A stretch of 57,776 nucleotides of DNA from a virus: the IMG/VR virus record IMGVR_UViG_3300045988_022519, positions 1 through 57,776 of that record; one strand, written 5' to 3'. Shown here piece after piece: positions 40,849 to 49,994 of the stretch. Position numbers and translations under genes: made by a program. How positions within the stretch are numbered: position 1 is the stretch's first letter; every line of letters begins with the position of its first letter. The notes beneath the pieces were generated by a model that saw only the letters and a list, made by a program, of their open reading frames with translations, was not told the origin of the DNA and did no database searches.

Positions 40849-41360
40849 ATTATTCCATGCATCAATTTATTATCGAGTTCTATTTTATCGAAATTACGAA
40901 TATAACGGGCAACCGTTCTGGAATCAAGGCCAATTATTCGTCCGATAGCGCTGAAACAGGGATGTGGTAATGTATAATATAGATCTATGGCTTCATTGGC
41001 ATTGAAGAACTTCTCTTCTTCTCGAGCTATATGATACATTGTTACGAGCTGTTCATTGGTGGTTATTGCATATTTATCATTGAAAGCTTCATCATGAACT
41101 CCATTTCGATAATCATTTAGAAATGTATGCCAGTCTTTCTTATTAGGTTCCGAACTCCATTTACTTGGGAAATATCGTGTGTAACGATCTCTGCGTGATT
41201 TCTCATATGGTACAAGATGCCATCCATGCCAGGTGTTGGTGCGACACATAAGGGCATTGCGTATAGCTTGACGACCAGAACCATATTGGTTCATCAATGA
41301 TTGGATTGTCGGAAAATATTCATCAGTTTCATATATGAACAGATCGAATTCGTTTGACAT
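40845..41360 (-). CDS. Putative DNA-binding protein with C-terminal HTH
   Basis: 171 aa; C-terminus FSAIGRIIGLDSRTVARYIRNF is HTH-like; the N-terminus resembles endonuclease-type DNA-binding modules. Confidence 0.45.
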   Translation of the reverse strand: MSNEFDLFIYETDEYFPTIQSLMNQYGSGRQAIRNALMCRTNTWHGWHLVPYEKSRRDRYTRYFPSKWSSEPNKKDWHTFLNDYRNGVHDEAFNDKYAITTNEQLVTMYHIAREEEKFFNANEAIDLYYTLPHPCFSAIGRIIGLDSRTVARYIRNFDKIELDNKLMHGIM

Positions 41361-41391
41361 GATAAACTCCTAAAAATATAAAGCCATGTAT

Positions 41392-41431
41392 AAAGGGCTC
41401 TGGAGATCTTTCGATACTCGCAGAGCCCTTT
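41392..41431 (-). terminator. Hairpin (11-bp stem) after the SSB-like gene
   Basis: aaagggctctg / cagagcccttt; on the minus strand followed by UUAUACAUGGCUUUAUAUUUUU, which also resembles the core of the promoter motif. Confidence 0.5.
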
Positions 41432-41443
41432 GTTGTTAAAATA

Positions 41444-42001
41444 TCAGTCTTCGATGGACTTCACAGCAGCGAAGGTCATCGTGTTACCGAACGAATCAGG
41501 TTCATCCTGATATGCATCCTCGAACGGATCCTCATCCATCTCCACATGAAGAATCCTCAAATATGCGGTGACGGTCGGATTGCCTTCACGATCCTTGTTA
41601 TGATAGGCATTGAACGAAATATCACCGATGCTGAACTCCCTTGGAGAATCCAGGATCGCGACATTCTCTGAAGTCAGAAGACGACGTCCGTGGGATCCAT
41701 GAATATAGATCTTCGGATCGAGTTCGGGATTGTCATCGTGATAACGAACATTGACCTTCATTGTAAGACGGGTCGGAAGCTCCGGATCATTCGGAACACG
41801 TTCCTTGATGTTGAAGCCATAGTCCTTAAGCTGCTTTGCAATCTCTGGAGTCAATTCGATGTTGAAATTACGATTGCCTTCGTTGTTGTAAACACCCTTT
41901 GCTCCGGAGAAATTCTTCCAAAGAAGCGGAACATTCTTGATCGCGACGCCGCTACGATCCGGATCGAACTTGACGAGTTCTTCGATTTCAGTGTTTGCCA
42001 T
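41444..42001 (-). CDS. Putative ssDNA-binding protein with acidic C-terminal tail
   Basis: 185 aa from ATG 42001 (AAAGGAAAAAAC RBS); C-terminal EMDEDPFEDAYQDEPDSF acidic tail; replication-module position. Confidence 0.4.
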   Translation of the reverse strand: MANTEIEELVKFDPDRSGVAIKNVPLLWKNFSGAKGVYNNEGNRNFNIELTPEIAKQLKDYGFNIKERVPNDPELPTRLTMKVNVRYHDDNPELDPKIYIHGSHGRRLLTSENVAILDSPREFSIGDISFNAYHNKDREGNPTVTAYLRILHVEMDEDPFEDAYQDEPDSFGNTMTFAAVKSIED

Positions 42002-42103
42002 TTTGTTTTTTCCTTTCTGGAATGTAATTGATTTGTTAGAATAGAATTTCGTTGAATACAATGATTGTCATTACTATTACTATTAAGAATAGAATACGAT
42101 CGA

Positions 42104-42292
42104 TCATTGGACACCCATACTGGCACGGAGCAGTTCATTCAGCTGATGGCTCTTACCGGTTTGGTAACCAATATAGAACACAACTGCTGCTCCAAATAGA
42201 ATTACTTCTGGATGATCCGAAATATACTCATGAACGGCGGTCTTTCCATTCTTAACCATTTCATTGGCATTGATGGTTTCGTTGTTTTCCAT
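42104..42292 (-). CDS. Small membrane protein (62 aa)
   Basis: ATG 42292 with AAAGGAGAAC RBS; TM EVILFGAAVVFYIGY. Confidence 0.5.
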   Translation of the reverse strand: MENNETINANEMVKNGKTAVHEYISDHPEVILFGAAVVFYIGYQTGKSHQLNELLRASMGVQ

Positions 42293-42348
42293 TTTGTTCT
42301 CCTTTTGCTTAAACAGATTTTTACGAACTGGAATATTTACTTCGAATT

Positions 42349-42633
42349 TCATTTCGTTTCCTCAATTTCCATACGATTATAAGCATGAAGTGTAATATCA
42401 TCGATCTTGTTAATCGGTCCGGAAATTCGTACAAGTTTTTGGCAGCCAGTGCACATGAGGATCGCTCCATATGCTTTTTCGCCATCGGAATTCTCGAATA
42501 CATAATTCGAGATAAAATTCACAGGTGCCTGGCAATCACAATCCAGAATATCATCGATGAGTTCACTGTATTCATCAACTTCTGGAGATTCGTTTTTCAT
42601 GATTATCCTTTCAATCAAAGAATAAGGATCCAT
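42349..42633 (-). CDS. Cys-rich zinc-ribbon-like hypothetical protein (94 aa)
   Basis: CDCQ...CTGCQ; downstream of promoter motif 42750-42777 and a roughly 110-nt leader. Confidence 0.55.
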   Translation of the reverse strand: MDPYSLIERIIMKNESPEVDEYSELIDDILDCDCQAPVNFISNYVFENSDGEKAYGAILMCTGCQKLVRISGPINKIDDITLHAYNRMEIEETK

Positions 42634-42749
42634 GTTTCCATGAATCCAAAAATATAATGAAAGAATTCAGCAATCGGCCCAACGAAAACCTAATTGCGGT
42701 AGGTGTGGAAACGTCCACACGCCTTCGTGTCTTACCTTTTTATTATCCT

Positions 42750-42777
42750 TTCATTATAAGCCATGTTTTTATCGCGA
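42750..42777 (-). promoter_or_regulatory. Conserved 28-nt promoter-like motif
   Basis: Minus strand TCGCGATAAAAACATGGCTTATAATGAA; leader contains hairpin gtgtgga-aacg-tccacac. Confidence 0.6.
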
Positions 42778-42832
42778 GGATAACCAACTAATGAAGGTCG
42801 CAGCAATTATAACGACTACGAAACAAATAGTG

Positions 42833-42907
42833 TCATTTAGCGTCATTTAATAATTTCTCCATTGTCTTGTTTGATTTAGGATTCAGTAAAATATGGTGAG
42901 CATACAT
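42833..42907 (-). pseudogene. Remnant duplicate of the 3' end of the PolB palm gene
   Basis: Reads ...LLNPKSNKTMEKLLNDAK* versus the authentic C-terminus ...ISPNPESNKTMERLFNGVN*; 19-nt identical core (42858-42876 = 43061-43079). Confidence 0.4.
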
Positions 42908-43019
42908 AATCAATAACGAATATGCAGATTAATAGAATCACAGAACAAATAATATCACTCATTGTTGATTCTGTATTGCAAAGCCATACCATAACAAGTA
43001 TGAAAATTAGTAATGCCAT
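42876..43019 (-). CDS. Possible small hydrophobic protein (47 aa)
   Basis: MALLIFILVMVWLCNTESTMSDIICSVILLICIFVIDYV...; internal ATG of the 112-aa ORF-track entry that otherwise overlaps the polymerase gene; no clear RBS. Confidence 0.25.
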   Translation of the reverse strand: MALLIFILVMVWLCNTESTMSDIICSVILLICIFVIDYVCSPYFTES

Positions 43020-43035
43020 TAAAACAACAATGATA

Positions 43036-44145
43036 TCAGTTAACACCATTGAATAGTCTTTCCATTGTCTTGTTTGATTCCGGATTCGGTGAAATATAAG
43101 GTTCATCTGAAACAAACCATCCATAGTCACCTCGTTCATTGATCGCTCCAATTGCATCATCGGCAAGTTTTTCGTAATATGACATGTCGATTTCATTATT
43201 GAGATTACGATCACGGACTATTGATGCTTCTTTCCACCGATAGCCTTTTGCTCCAGTGGCACTTGAATATCCTCCTTTGCCATCGCTTCTGACAAGTTCT
43301 CCACCGCCGAAACCACTTTTGACTGGAATGAATGCACCAACTTTTCCAACGAATGAGTAATTATGCTCATCTGCTGGTAGATCTTCATTGAAGTCGAGAT
43401 ATAGTGATGTCTGTACACTTTTAGTCTCCGATAGATCCGATAGGCTGATTGGCTCACCTGAAAATAAGGTCTTGAATACATATGGAACCTGAAACTGCAA
43501 CCCTGTAGCGGTCCATTCACCAGCGTGTTCACCCCATGCGGAATGAGCAATATACGTGGACTTATTGACAATGCAAAGCTTGTCATAAGTTGCCTCGTGT
43601 TCGAATGTGTATCCATACTTATGTCCAAAATCAGTCACCCAGTTGATAATATAATCATCAGCATCTGCGATCTTGATCGAATCAGTTTTGATGTGGACTA
43701 CGGTATAACCCATCTCCTGGACTTTATGCTTCAGCGTGATCATAAATAATGCACCACGCTTGGCAACTTTATTGTCCTTGTTTCGATCTCCAGGACCAGC
43801 TGCGACATCGTTGAACCTTGTCGGAAAATGCGCCGAAGTCAGACCATAAACAGAATTGATCGGAATCTTCAATGCTGTTGACAGGATCTTCTGGTTCTCA
43901 CGAAGCTCGGCATCTGTGAATTTGTTGTCCAGAAGCTTTTCCGCGGTTGCGAAATCTCCATGTTTGATTGCGATACGCGTATCCAGAATATCCTTGTATC
44001 GTTTTGTATATGGTCCGAACATGTTCATAGCAATGATCGAATGCGGATGCATCGAAGCAATATCCAGCAATGCGACATTACCGAACATGCCACCTAGCAT
44101 TGGTTTGTCAGTCATGATTTCTGTAATACTCCTCCGAAAGTTCAT
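43036..44145 (-). CDS. Family B DNA polymerase, C-terminal (palm/thumb) half
   Basis: Motif A LLDIASMHPHSII (about 44040-44075), motif B KIPINSVYGL (about 43841-43870), motif C HIKTDSI (about 43669-43697). Alternative start ATG 44115 (MTDKPMLGG...) is coupled to the stop of the preceding small ORF. Confidence 0.85.
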   Translation of the reverse strand: MNFRRSITEIMTDKPMLGGMFGNVALLDIASMHPHSIIAMNMFGPYTKRYKDILDTRIAIKHGDFATAEKLLDNKFTDAELRENQKILSTALKIPINSVYGLTSAHFPTRFNDVAAGPGDRNKDNKVAKRGALFMITLKHKVQEMGYTVVHIKTDSIKIADADDYIINWVTDFGHKYGYTFEHEATYDKLCIVNKSTYIAHSAWGEHAGEWTATGLQFQVPYVFKTLFSGEPISLSDLSETKSVQTSLYLDFNEDLPADEHNYSFVGKVGAFIPVKSGFGGGELVRSDGKGGYSSATGAKGYRWKEASIVRDRNLNNEIDMSYYEKLADDAIGAINERGDYGWFVSDEPYISPNPESNKTMERLFNGVN

Positions 44146-44281
44146 CGAGTGATTTGGCTAATGAGGGCCAATTCCTTCTGACCCTGTCTTTCATATTACG
44201 ATGATATTCAGGACACCTGCCTTCAACAGACCATGCCAAAATAACATCGACAACTGATCGATTTAAAGCCTTGTTACTCAT
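44108..44281 (-). CDS. Small ORF (57 aa) inside the polymerase split
   Basis: [34 protein letters not shown]...; TAATG coupling upstream and ATGACTGA coupling downstream. Confidence 0.4.
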   Translation of the reverse strand: MSNKALNRSVVDVILAWSVEGRCPEYHRNMKDRVRRNWPSLAKSLDELSEEYYRNHD

Positions 44282-44382
44282 TATTCATCTCCGAAAAATA
44301 GAGCAATGGCGAGAAATATCACGATAATAGCAATACCGATCAATGTCTCGCCACTGAAGTTTTCAAATATCTCTTCAATCAT
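44281..44382 (-). CDS. Small membrane ORF (33 aa) inside the polymerase split
   Basis: [33 protein letters not shown]; ATGA overlap with the thyA stop. Confidence 0.4.
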   Translation of the reverse strand: MIEEIFENFSGETLIGIAIIVIFLAIALFFGDE

Positions 44383-45272
44383 ACAGCCACAGGAGCCTTG
44401 ATTGCGGGATGACACTTGTAGTTTTCCAGATGGAAGTCTTCAAGCTTGTAGCTGAAAATATCCTTGGCTTTATCGATCTTCATCTTCGGGAAAGGATATG
44501 GAGTTCGATGAAGCTCTGTTTCAACCTGATCGAGATGATTCAGATAAATATGGCAATCGCCACCAGTCCAGATCAAACGTCCAGGTTCAAGACCAGTCTG
44601 TTGGGCCATCATCATAGTCAACAGAGAATATGATGCGATGTTAAACGGAACTCCGAGGAACATGTCTGCAGACCTCTGATAGATCTGACAATCAAGACGT
44701 TCGGATTCCGTAACATAGAACTGGAAGAACGTATGACATGGAGGAAGAGCCATATCAGGAATCTTGGACGGATTCCAGGCACTCACAATGATCCTGCGAG
44801 AATATGGATCGTTCTTGATAAGATCGATGGCATTCTGTATCTGATCAATATGATCGCCATTCCAGTCACGCCATTGCTTACCATAGATCGGTCCGAGATC
44901 TCCATTCTCGTCTGCCCATTCATCCCAAATATGAACACCATTGTCATTCAGGTATTTGATGTTGGTATCACCATTGAGGAACCACAGAAGTTCGGCAATT
45001 ACACCTTTCAAATATACCTTCTTGGTGGTAACCAGTGGGAAATATAGCGACAGATAGAATTCCATCTGGAGACCAAATGTCGACAGAGTACCAACTCCTG
45101 TTCGATCCTTACGAATGGTTCCGAGATCGACTACCTTTTTCAATGTCTGTTCATAAATATCGTTACAGAATGTTGTGGAATCACGAAGATGCGCGACTCT
45201 GACAAAATCATTGTCCATATATTTCAGAACATTCTTATACATGTCTGGAAGGGTTTCTTGAATATCAGTCAT
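44379..45272 (-). CDS. thyA: Thymidylate synthase (ThyA family)
   Basis: [24 protein letters not shown] (catalytic Cys), [27 protein letters not shown]. Confidence 0.95.
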   Translation of the reverse strand: MTDIQETLPDMYKNVLKYMDNDFVRVAHLRDSTTFCNDIYEQTLKKVVDLGTIRKDRTGVGTLSTFGLQMEFYLSLYFPLVTTKKVYLKGVIAELLWFLNGDTNIKYLNDNGVHIWDEWADENGDLGPIYGKQWRDWNGDHIDQIQNAIDLIKNDPYSRRIIVSAWNPSKIPDMALPPCHTFFQFYVTESERLDCQIYQRSADMFLGVPFNIASYSLLTMMMAQQTGLEPGRLIWTGGDCHIYLNHLDQVETELHRTPYPFPKMKIDKAKDIFSYKLEDFHLENYKCHPAIKAPVAV

Positions 45273-45291
45273 GATTAACTCCTTTTATCTA

Positions 45292-45537
45292 TTAGATGAA
45301 AAATAGTGCTTTATCGTCTTGAAGATAACTGCTAACCGCAGTGGTATTCGATTTTGACAGATACGTTACTTCGTAAATACGATCATCGCTTGGTTCATCT
45401 GTTACGACAAACGCATAGTAATTCCCACAAATATATCCACTCGATTTGATAGACAGATTGTAATCTCTTTTCTGTTTTAAATATCCCTTCTTATCGATAT
45501 AGCGACGAACCGCATATTCGATTAACTGATAATTCAT
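45292..45537 (-). CDS. Hypothetical protein (81 aa) inside the polymerase split
   Basis: ATG 45537 with GGGAGGAAC RBS and ATGA overlap with the stop of the 953-aa gene. Confidence 0.5.
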   Translation of the reverse strand: MNYQLIEYAVRRYIDKKGYLKQKRDYNLSIKSSGYICGNYYAFVVTDEPSDDRIYEVTYLSKSNTTAVSSYLQDDKALFFI

Positions 45538-48395
45538 TGTTCCTCCCATGGATGTTTAATATTCATATAATCCTGATCGACATCGCCATTCTCCATGCCA
45601 TACACAAATACGTAACCGCCTTCCGACGGATACTCGCCCATATACTTGGACTTTTGATCCTTTGGTGCATACGGATCAAATGTATAGCCAGGAAATAGTT
45701 CAGCAAGATCCGGATAATTAAATTTGCTTTGTGGATTACGCTCGTCACCGAATATGATCTTGGCTGTATGCGTATTGTTGGTATCGTTTACTGTAAGACC
45801 TGAAAGCTGAGCCAGAATTTTACGAGCTTCGAAATCACCACTTAGATGATTGAAGACTGCCTTTGTGGCTCGAACATCGTCCTTACAATATGATTCCACC
45901 AATGGCCATTGCTCTTTTGGAATATCAGAATCCCAATCCATGCCAAGCTCATGATGATCGATTCCCAATTCGATCTCCCATTTCTTAAGAGATTGCTTCT
46001 TTGATGAGAAATCGTAGATATCCGCATATGAGATGTTGTATGCTTGACCGAATAATGCATCTTTTTGACCAGATACAATACGTTTCGACAGATCATACAA
46101 TTGGGCATTACTATAATTAAGAAATCCCCAAGCATAGAGAATATGATTGTCATACTTACGGTTATTGAATCCGACCAGATTCTGTTCCATAAGCGTGATA
46201 ACGGATTCCCTAGGTGGATTGATCCATGATCTGACAATATCGGAATCACTATCCATAAAGCAGATCATAAAGAGATTCGGAAACACCTCGACATCGTAAA
46301 ATATGATTTTATCCGTGTTTGACGGATTTAATCCCTCTGGCATTTTTTCAGATTGGAATTTCATATTCGTCACCACAGTCAGGCAATAATCTGCCCAATG
46401 TGTTGATCCCATGGCGAAGTGCATGACCTTTTGTTGGAGATCTCTGACATCATAAACCAAGCCTTGCTCATATGCCTCATCCAGTACCTTTGCGATGAAA
46501 TCGATACTTGGTTTGGTTCCAGGTTGGTACTTTTTGAGAAGAGCATTCTTTATGATGTTCCTCAGATGCCTTTCATCCTGAATCTCCTGTTGATTGATCA
46601 AGGTCTTTTCTCCTTTCAACGGAAGTCCTGAGGAAATATGGGCCACTTCGAGATCATTACATCTGGATAACTGTCGTCTTAAAGACGATTTGCCTTTGTA
46701 AACTTTGATCTCAATATGAGTACTGTAAAGATTCTTCAATCTCGATACATCACCATCATAAATATAATGGAGATGCAGACCGTTTCCGGACTTTGACACT
46801 TCAGTATATGTAGGAGGAAACTCAGAAGCTGCTTTGATATTTGCTTCCAGATTCTTCTCTCCATCCTCACCTCGTACATCAAAGTCGAGAACAATATGAT
46901 TCTCGGGTACTCTGACCCAATGAAGTTTCTTGGTATCAATATCTTTCAATGTGGTTTTTACATTGTCCCATGCCTCCTTTGGAGCTCCGGATTCATCGTT
47001 TCTGGCATATTGAGCTTGATAATCTGCAGCAAGTTTATCGAACTCAGAAATATCAGTATCCAAACGGATCCAGCTAGTCGGTGTTTCGGTCTTTGTCTTT
47101 TTCGATGTGAACTTGTCATATTTGAATCCCTGGAATGTGACATTACTTCCATGTCGTTCCATTGTATCAAAATATGTCTGAAGTTCATACATGAAGTCGG
47201 AACGTTTAAGCATTACATTGACTTTGAAGTCATCCGCCCATGCTTTATACGTTCTCCACAACATTGCGAGACTCAGTGGATCATCGGTATCGAATATCTC
47301 GAATTCATCCTGAATGAAATTATACACATCATTCGTTCGAGCAATCATATCAGTTGGAATATATCCATCATAATATGATCGACCGAGATTCCGATAAATC
47401 TTCAGACAATGATCGGCAATCGCCCCGAGCTCGAATTTGATTCCGTCAAGATCTTTGAAATACTCATCCGGCTTTATTTTCTTACCAGTCGGATGAATAT
47501 CAATCAATCTTCGAATCAAACCAGATTTCGAGTCAGTTACTTTTACCGGATGATTCGTAGCCATGAATAACATGGTGCGAAGTTCGATCGGATACTGTTT
47601 GACACCTTTCTCATTCACCTGTATAGTTTCGTGAGATACTATCTGGTTGAGAATCGTGTTATTCCATAGACGTGACAAATCACCATCATGTTGAATCGCC
47701 ACCAATGGAGCATTTCGGAATGCAGCAGTTGCAAACTGATATCCTTTACCGAGATCTTCAGCTGAGAAATATGCGATGTATCCAGGAAATAGTTCTTCAA
47801 TGATGTTCAAAATCGTCGATTTACCAGTTCCAGGATCACCATAGATCACGAACATCTTTTGGATCTTCTGAATATCATGACCATCAATCATGGCTCCGAT
47901 ACCCCACTCTAGTTTTTGTCTCTCAGCTGGAGCATAGAGTGTCGACATAAGTTCCTCATAGCAAGGACACTTACCCGGTTTGATTGAATAATCAAGTTTC
48001 AGTGTCGCATAATCTTCACGCTCTGGAACCTGATCAGAAAATATCATCTTCTGATTCAGGGTTCCAGGACTATTATCAAGGTTTCTTAGGAAACCCAAAT
48101 ATCGATTCCAACACCCATTGCTTCCATCATTCATGAACATTGGTGCGACAACAGCACCATCTTTAGATTCATAGGAATCATAGAAGTTTTGAATATCATT
48201 GTCGATCAGTTTACTGAGTGTTTCACGTTTCTGAGACCACAGATGAGTTGAAGGATCATAGACAGCGTAGAACTCGCCTCCTTTTACCAACAAATCATGA
48301 AACCCTCGGACCTTCGGATCTGCATAGATTTGTTCATGGCCTTTGGTCGTAGGCTTCACACGAATCTTTACCTGATCCAAGGTTACTCCTTTCAC
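45534..48395 (-). CDS. Fusion protein: SF3 (D5/P4-type) helicase, AEP primase-polymerase, PolB 3'-5' exonuclease domain
   Basis: Walker A VIYGDPGTGKST. AEP motifs VLDFDV and SKSGNGLHLHY. ExoI FYDVEVF (about 46287-46298), ExoII NNRKYDNH (about 46140-46172), ExoIII YCKDDV (about 45862-45895). Ends PSEGGYVF... just before where PolB motif A is expected. Confidence 0.8.
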   Translation of the reverse strand: MKGVTLDQVKIRVKPTTKGHEQIYADPKVRGFHDLLVKGGEFYAVYDPSTHLWSQKRETLSKLIDNDIQNFYDSYESKDGAVVAPMFMNDGSNGCWNRYLGFLRNLDNSPGTLNQKMIFSDQVPEREDYATLKLDYSIKPGKCPCYEELMSTLYAPAERQKLEWGIGAMIDGHDIQKIQKMFVIYGDPGTGKSTILNIIEELFPGYIAYFSAEDLGKGYQFATAAFRNAPLVAIQHDGDLSRLWNNTILNQIVSHETIQVNEKGVKQYPIELRTMLFMATNHPVKVTDSKSGLIRRLIDIHPTGKKIKPDEYFKDLDGIKFELGAIADHCLKIYRNLGRSYYDGYIPTDMIARTNDVYNFIQDEFEIFDTDDPLSLAMLWRTYKAWADDFKVNVMLKRSDFMYELQTYFDTMERHGSNVTFQGFKYDKFTSKKTKTETPTSWIRLDTDISEFDKLAADYQAQYARNDESGAPKEAWDNVKTTLKDIDTKKLHWVRVPENHIVLDFDVRGEDGEKNLEANIKAASEFPPTYTEVSKSGNGLHLHYIYDGDVSRLKNLYSTHIEIKVYKGKSSLRRQLSRCNDLEVAHISSGLPLKGEKTLINQQEIQDERHLRNIIKNALLKKYQPGTKPSIDFIAKVLDEAYEQGLVYDVRDLQQKVMHFAMGSTHWADYCLTVVTNMKFQSEKMPEGLNPSNTDKIIFYDVEVFPNLFMICFMDSDSDIVRSWINPPRESVITLMEQNLVGFNNRKYDNHILYAWGFLNYSNAQLYDLSKRIVSGQKDALFGQAYNISYADIYDFSSKKQSLKKWEIELGIDHHELGMDWDSDIPKEQWPLVESYCKDDVRATKAVFNHLSGDFEARKILAQLSGLTVNDTNNTHTAKIIFGDERNPQSKFNYPDLAELFPGYTFDPYAPKDQKSKYMGEYPSEGGYVFVYGMENGDVDQDYMNIKHPWEEQ

Positions 48396-48940
48396 TCAGA
48401 AATATGATTCTCAGTAATCCAATATTGCATCTGCCACCATAGTTCGATCGTTCTAAGATCACACGGAGGTTTCTTCATAGGAAACAATCCACCATGTTCA
48501 CCATTGTAATCATAGTCATGATTCAATGTCACACGAATATGGTTTCCGATCGCTTCGTCATACTCATCGATATCTTTACCGATGAAATATGAAAGTCCCA
48601 TGTTCTCAATGAACATCGCATACCATTCTGAAATATCATGAACGTATCCGCATGTTTCCTCACAACGGGACGCTAGTGCGATCAATGCTTCAAAAACAGA
48701 CGCATTCGGAGAATCATCGCTTGGCTTGATTCCATGAGAATCAAAATATGTTTGTCGCATGTATAATCCATCGGAATTTCTGTTCTCATCCATACGAATG
48801 GGCGAATAGAAATAATGTTGATGAATTGCCCAGTCTAGAACTGGATCGAAATGAACCAGACTTTCAAGCCACTGAAAATATGATTCATCCTTATTGTAAT
48901 TATTAACGCTTGTTCCTTCCACGAGTCTCCTCCATATCAT
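48392..48940 (-). CDS. Hypothetical protein (182 aa)
   Basis: ORF; 4-nt overlap with the downstream gene, 38-nt overlap upstream (start uncertain). Confidence 0.55.
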   Translation of the reverse strand: MIWRRLVEGTSVNNYNKDESYFQWLESLVHFDPVLDWAIHQHYFYSPIRMDENRNSDGLYMRQTYFDSHGIKPSDDSPNASVFEALIALASRCEETCGYVHDISEWYAMFIENMGLSYFIGKDIDEYDEAIGNHIRVTLNHDYDYNGEHGGLFPMKKPPCDLRTIELWWQMQYWITENHISE

Positions 48941-49931
48941 CGGCTAGTTCCTTGTTAAACTTACGAGGGACTACTCGACTATCTTCATCTGGAATGCCAA
49001 GAACTTCATTCTGGAATGATCCGGTATGTCTTGTAACAATATAATCGGTTTCGAGTTCATCATTGCGACAATATACGACATTTGGATCAGACGACATCGA
49101 ATTCTTTCCAAAATGATTCAGAACAGTTAGATCTATTAAATGAGATGGATTTGGAACAATATCTCTGCCAAGTGCGAGAATATCATCCACTTCATAATAG
49201 TCGAGTTCTTCAGTATCAAGGAATTCAGGCATGTCATGATGCTCTTGTTCACTGATCTGATACATTGGTTCTTTTTCATCAATGGAATTAATGAATCGTT
49301 CTTCCTTAATATTAATCAAAATGGAGTTCTCAATATCGGGATCCCCACCTGCATTATCATACTCAGCTTGTTCATCATCAGTCAATGGTCCATCCCATCG
49401 CTTATTGCCATCATTGATGACATACCTACCGAAAAATCGTTTAGTCATCGCAAATTCTTTCTCTGATTGCTCTTCTGCATCATCAGAACGAAGTCCGCGT
49501 TCAGACTCAGACGATCGATCAGTCTCGTAATCGTTCGAATAATCCTCATCAGTCGATTGAGTTTCTTCGAATTTCTTTTCATAATATTCCTCATCTCTGT
49601 TGATGGCATCAGGATTCCCCTGATCCGCGACCAACTGATTATTCTGTTTCAGTTCTTCCTTTACGGCATCAAGCTGGGACTCGTAAAAATCGAGTTCTTT
49701 ATCCATTCGAGCCGTGCCCCGTTTCGTGGATTCCGAAAGGGAATCATATGAATTCTGAATCTTTTCGATTTTCGCGAGAAGCTCACGTTTGTGAGACTCA
49801 AGTTCATTGATCGAATCGTTTAGCTTGTTCAACGGAACATACTTACGATATACCAAATATGCTCCAACACCGACAATCGAAGCTCCAGATAAAGCTCCAA
49901 TCGAAAGCATAATCAGATCGTGCTTGTCCAT
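48903..49931 (-). CDS. Membrane-anchored coiled-coil, acidic protein (342 aa)
   Basis: Start reset to ATG 49931 (MDKHDLIMLSIGALSGASIVGVGAYLVY...) because the ORF-track start lies inside terminator 49944-49985. Confidence 0.6.
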   Translation of the reverse strand: MDKHDLIMLSIGALSGASIVGVGAYLVYRKYVPLNKLNDSINELESHKRELLAKIEKIQNSYDSLSESTKRGTARMDKELDFYESQLDAVKEELKQNNQLVADQGNPDAINRDEEYYEKKFEETQSTDEDYSNDYETDRSSESERGLRSDDAEEQSEKEFAMTKRFFGRYVINDGNKRWDGPLTDDEQAEYDNAGGDPDIENSILINIKEERFINSIDEKEPMYQISEQEHHDMPEFLDTEELDYYEVDDILALGRDIVPNPSHLIDLTVLNHFGKNSMSSDPNVVYCRNDELETDYIVTRHTGSFQNEVLGIPDEDSRVVPRKFNKELADDMEETRGRNKR

Positions 49932-49943
49932 GATAACCTTTCT

Positions 49944-49985
49944 AAAATAAAAAGGGTCATGCATTCTTATGAACACATGACCCTT
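49944..49985 (-). terminator. Hairpin terminator
   Basis: Minus strand AAGGGUCAUG-loop-CAUGACCCUU followed by UUUAUUUU. Confidence 0.75.
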
Positions 49986-49994
49986 AAAAACATA

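Noticed and set aside
42653-42663. Plus-strand TATAATGAAAG resembling the -10/downstream part of the promoter motif (possible antisense promoter)
   Set aside because: It lacks the conserved upstream TCGCGAT-A-tract-CAT part, and there is no plus-strand gene or obvious terminator downstream. It is probably a chance match in AT-rich sequence.
42876-43214. 112-aa ORF from the ORF track
   Set aside because: Its upstream 180 nt overlap the well-supported polymerase gene in another frame. Only the distal 47-aa hydrophobic part (from ATG 43019) is retained, at low confidence.
44379-45272. ThyA homologue as a dUMP or dCMP hydroxymethylase implying hypermodified DNA
   Set aside because: All classical thymidylate synthase motifs, including the substrate-specifying Asn, are present. 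No glucosyltransferase, dTMPase or other modification gene was seen. The idea cannot be supported from sequence alone.
44146-45533. Intein or group I intron interrupting the DNA polymerase
   Set aside because: The intervening 1.4 kb is not in frame with either half. It contains a stop right after the exonuclease half and consists of four ORFs with their own RBSs or overlapping start/stop codons, including a complete thyA. No intein block motifs or homing endonuclease lie inside it. Splicing still needs experimental exclusion.
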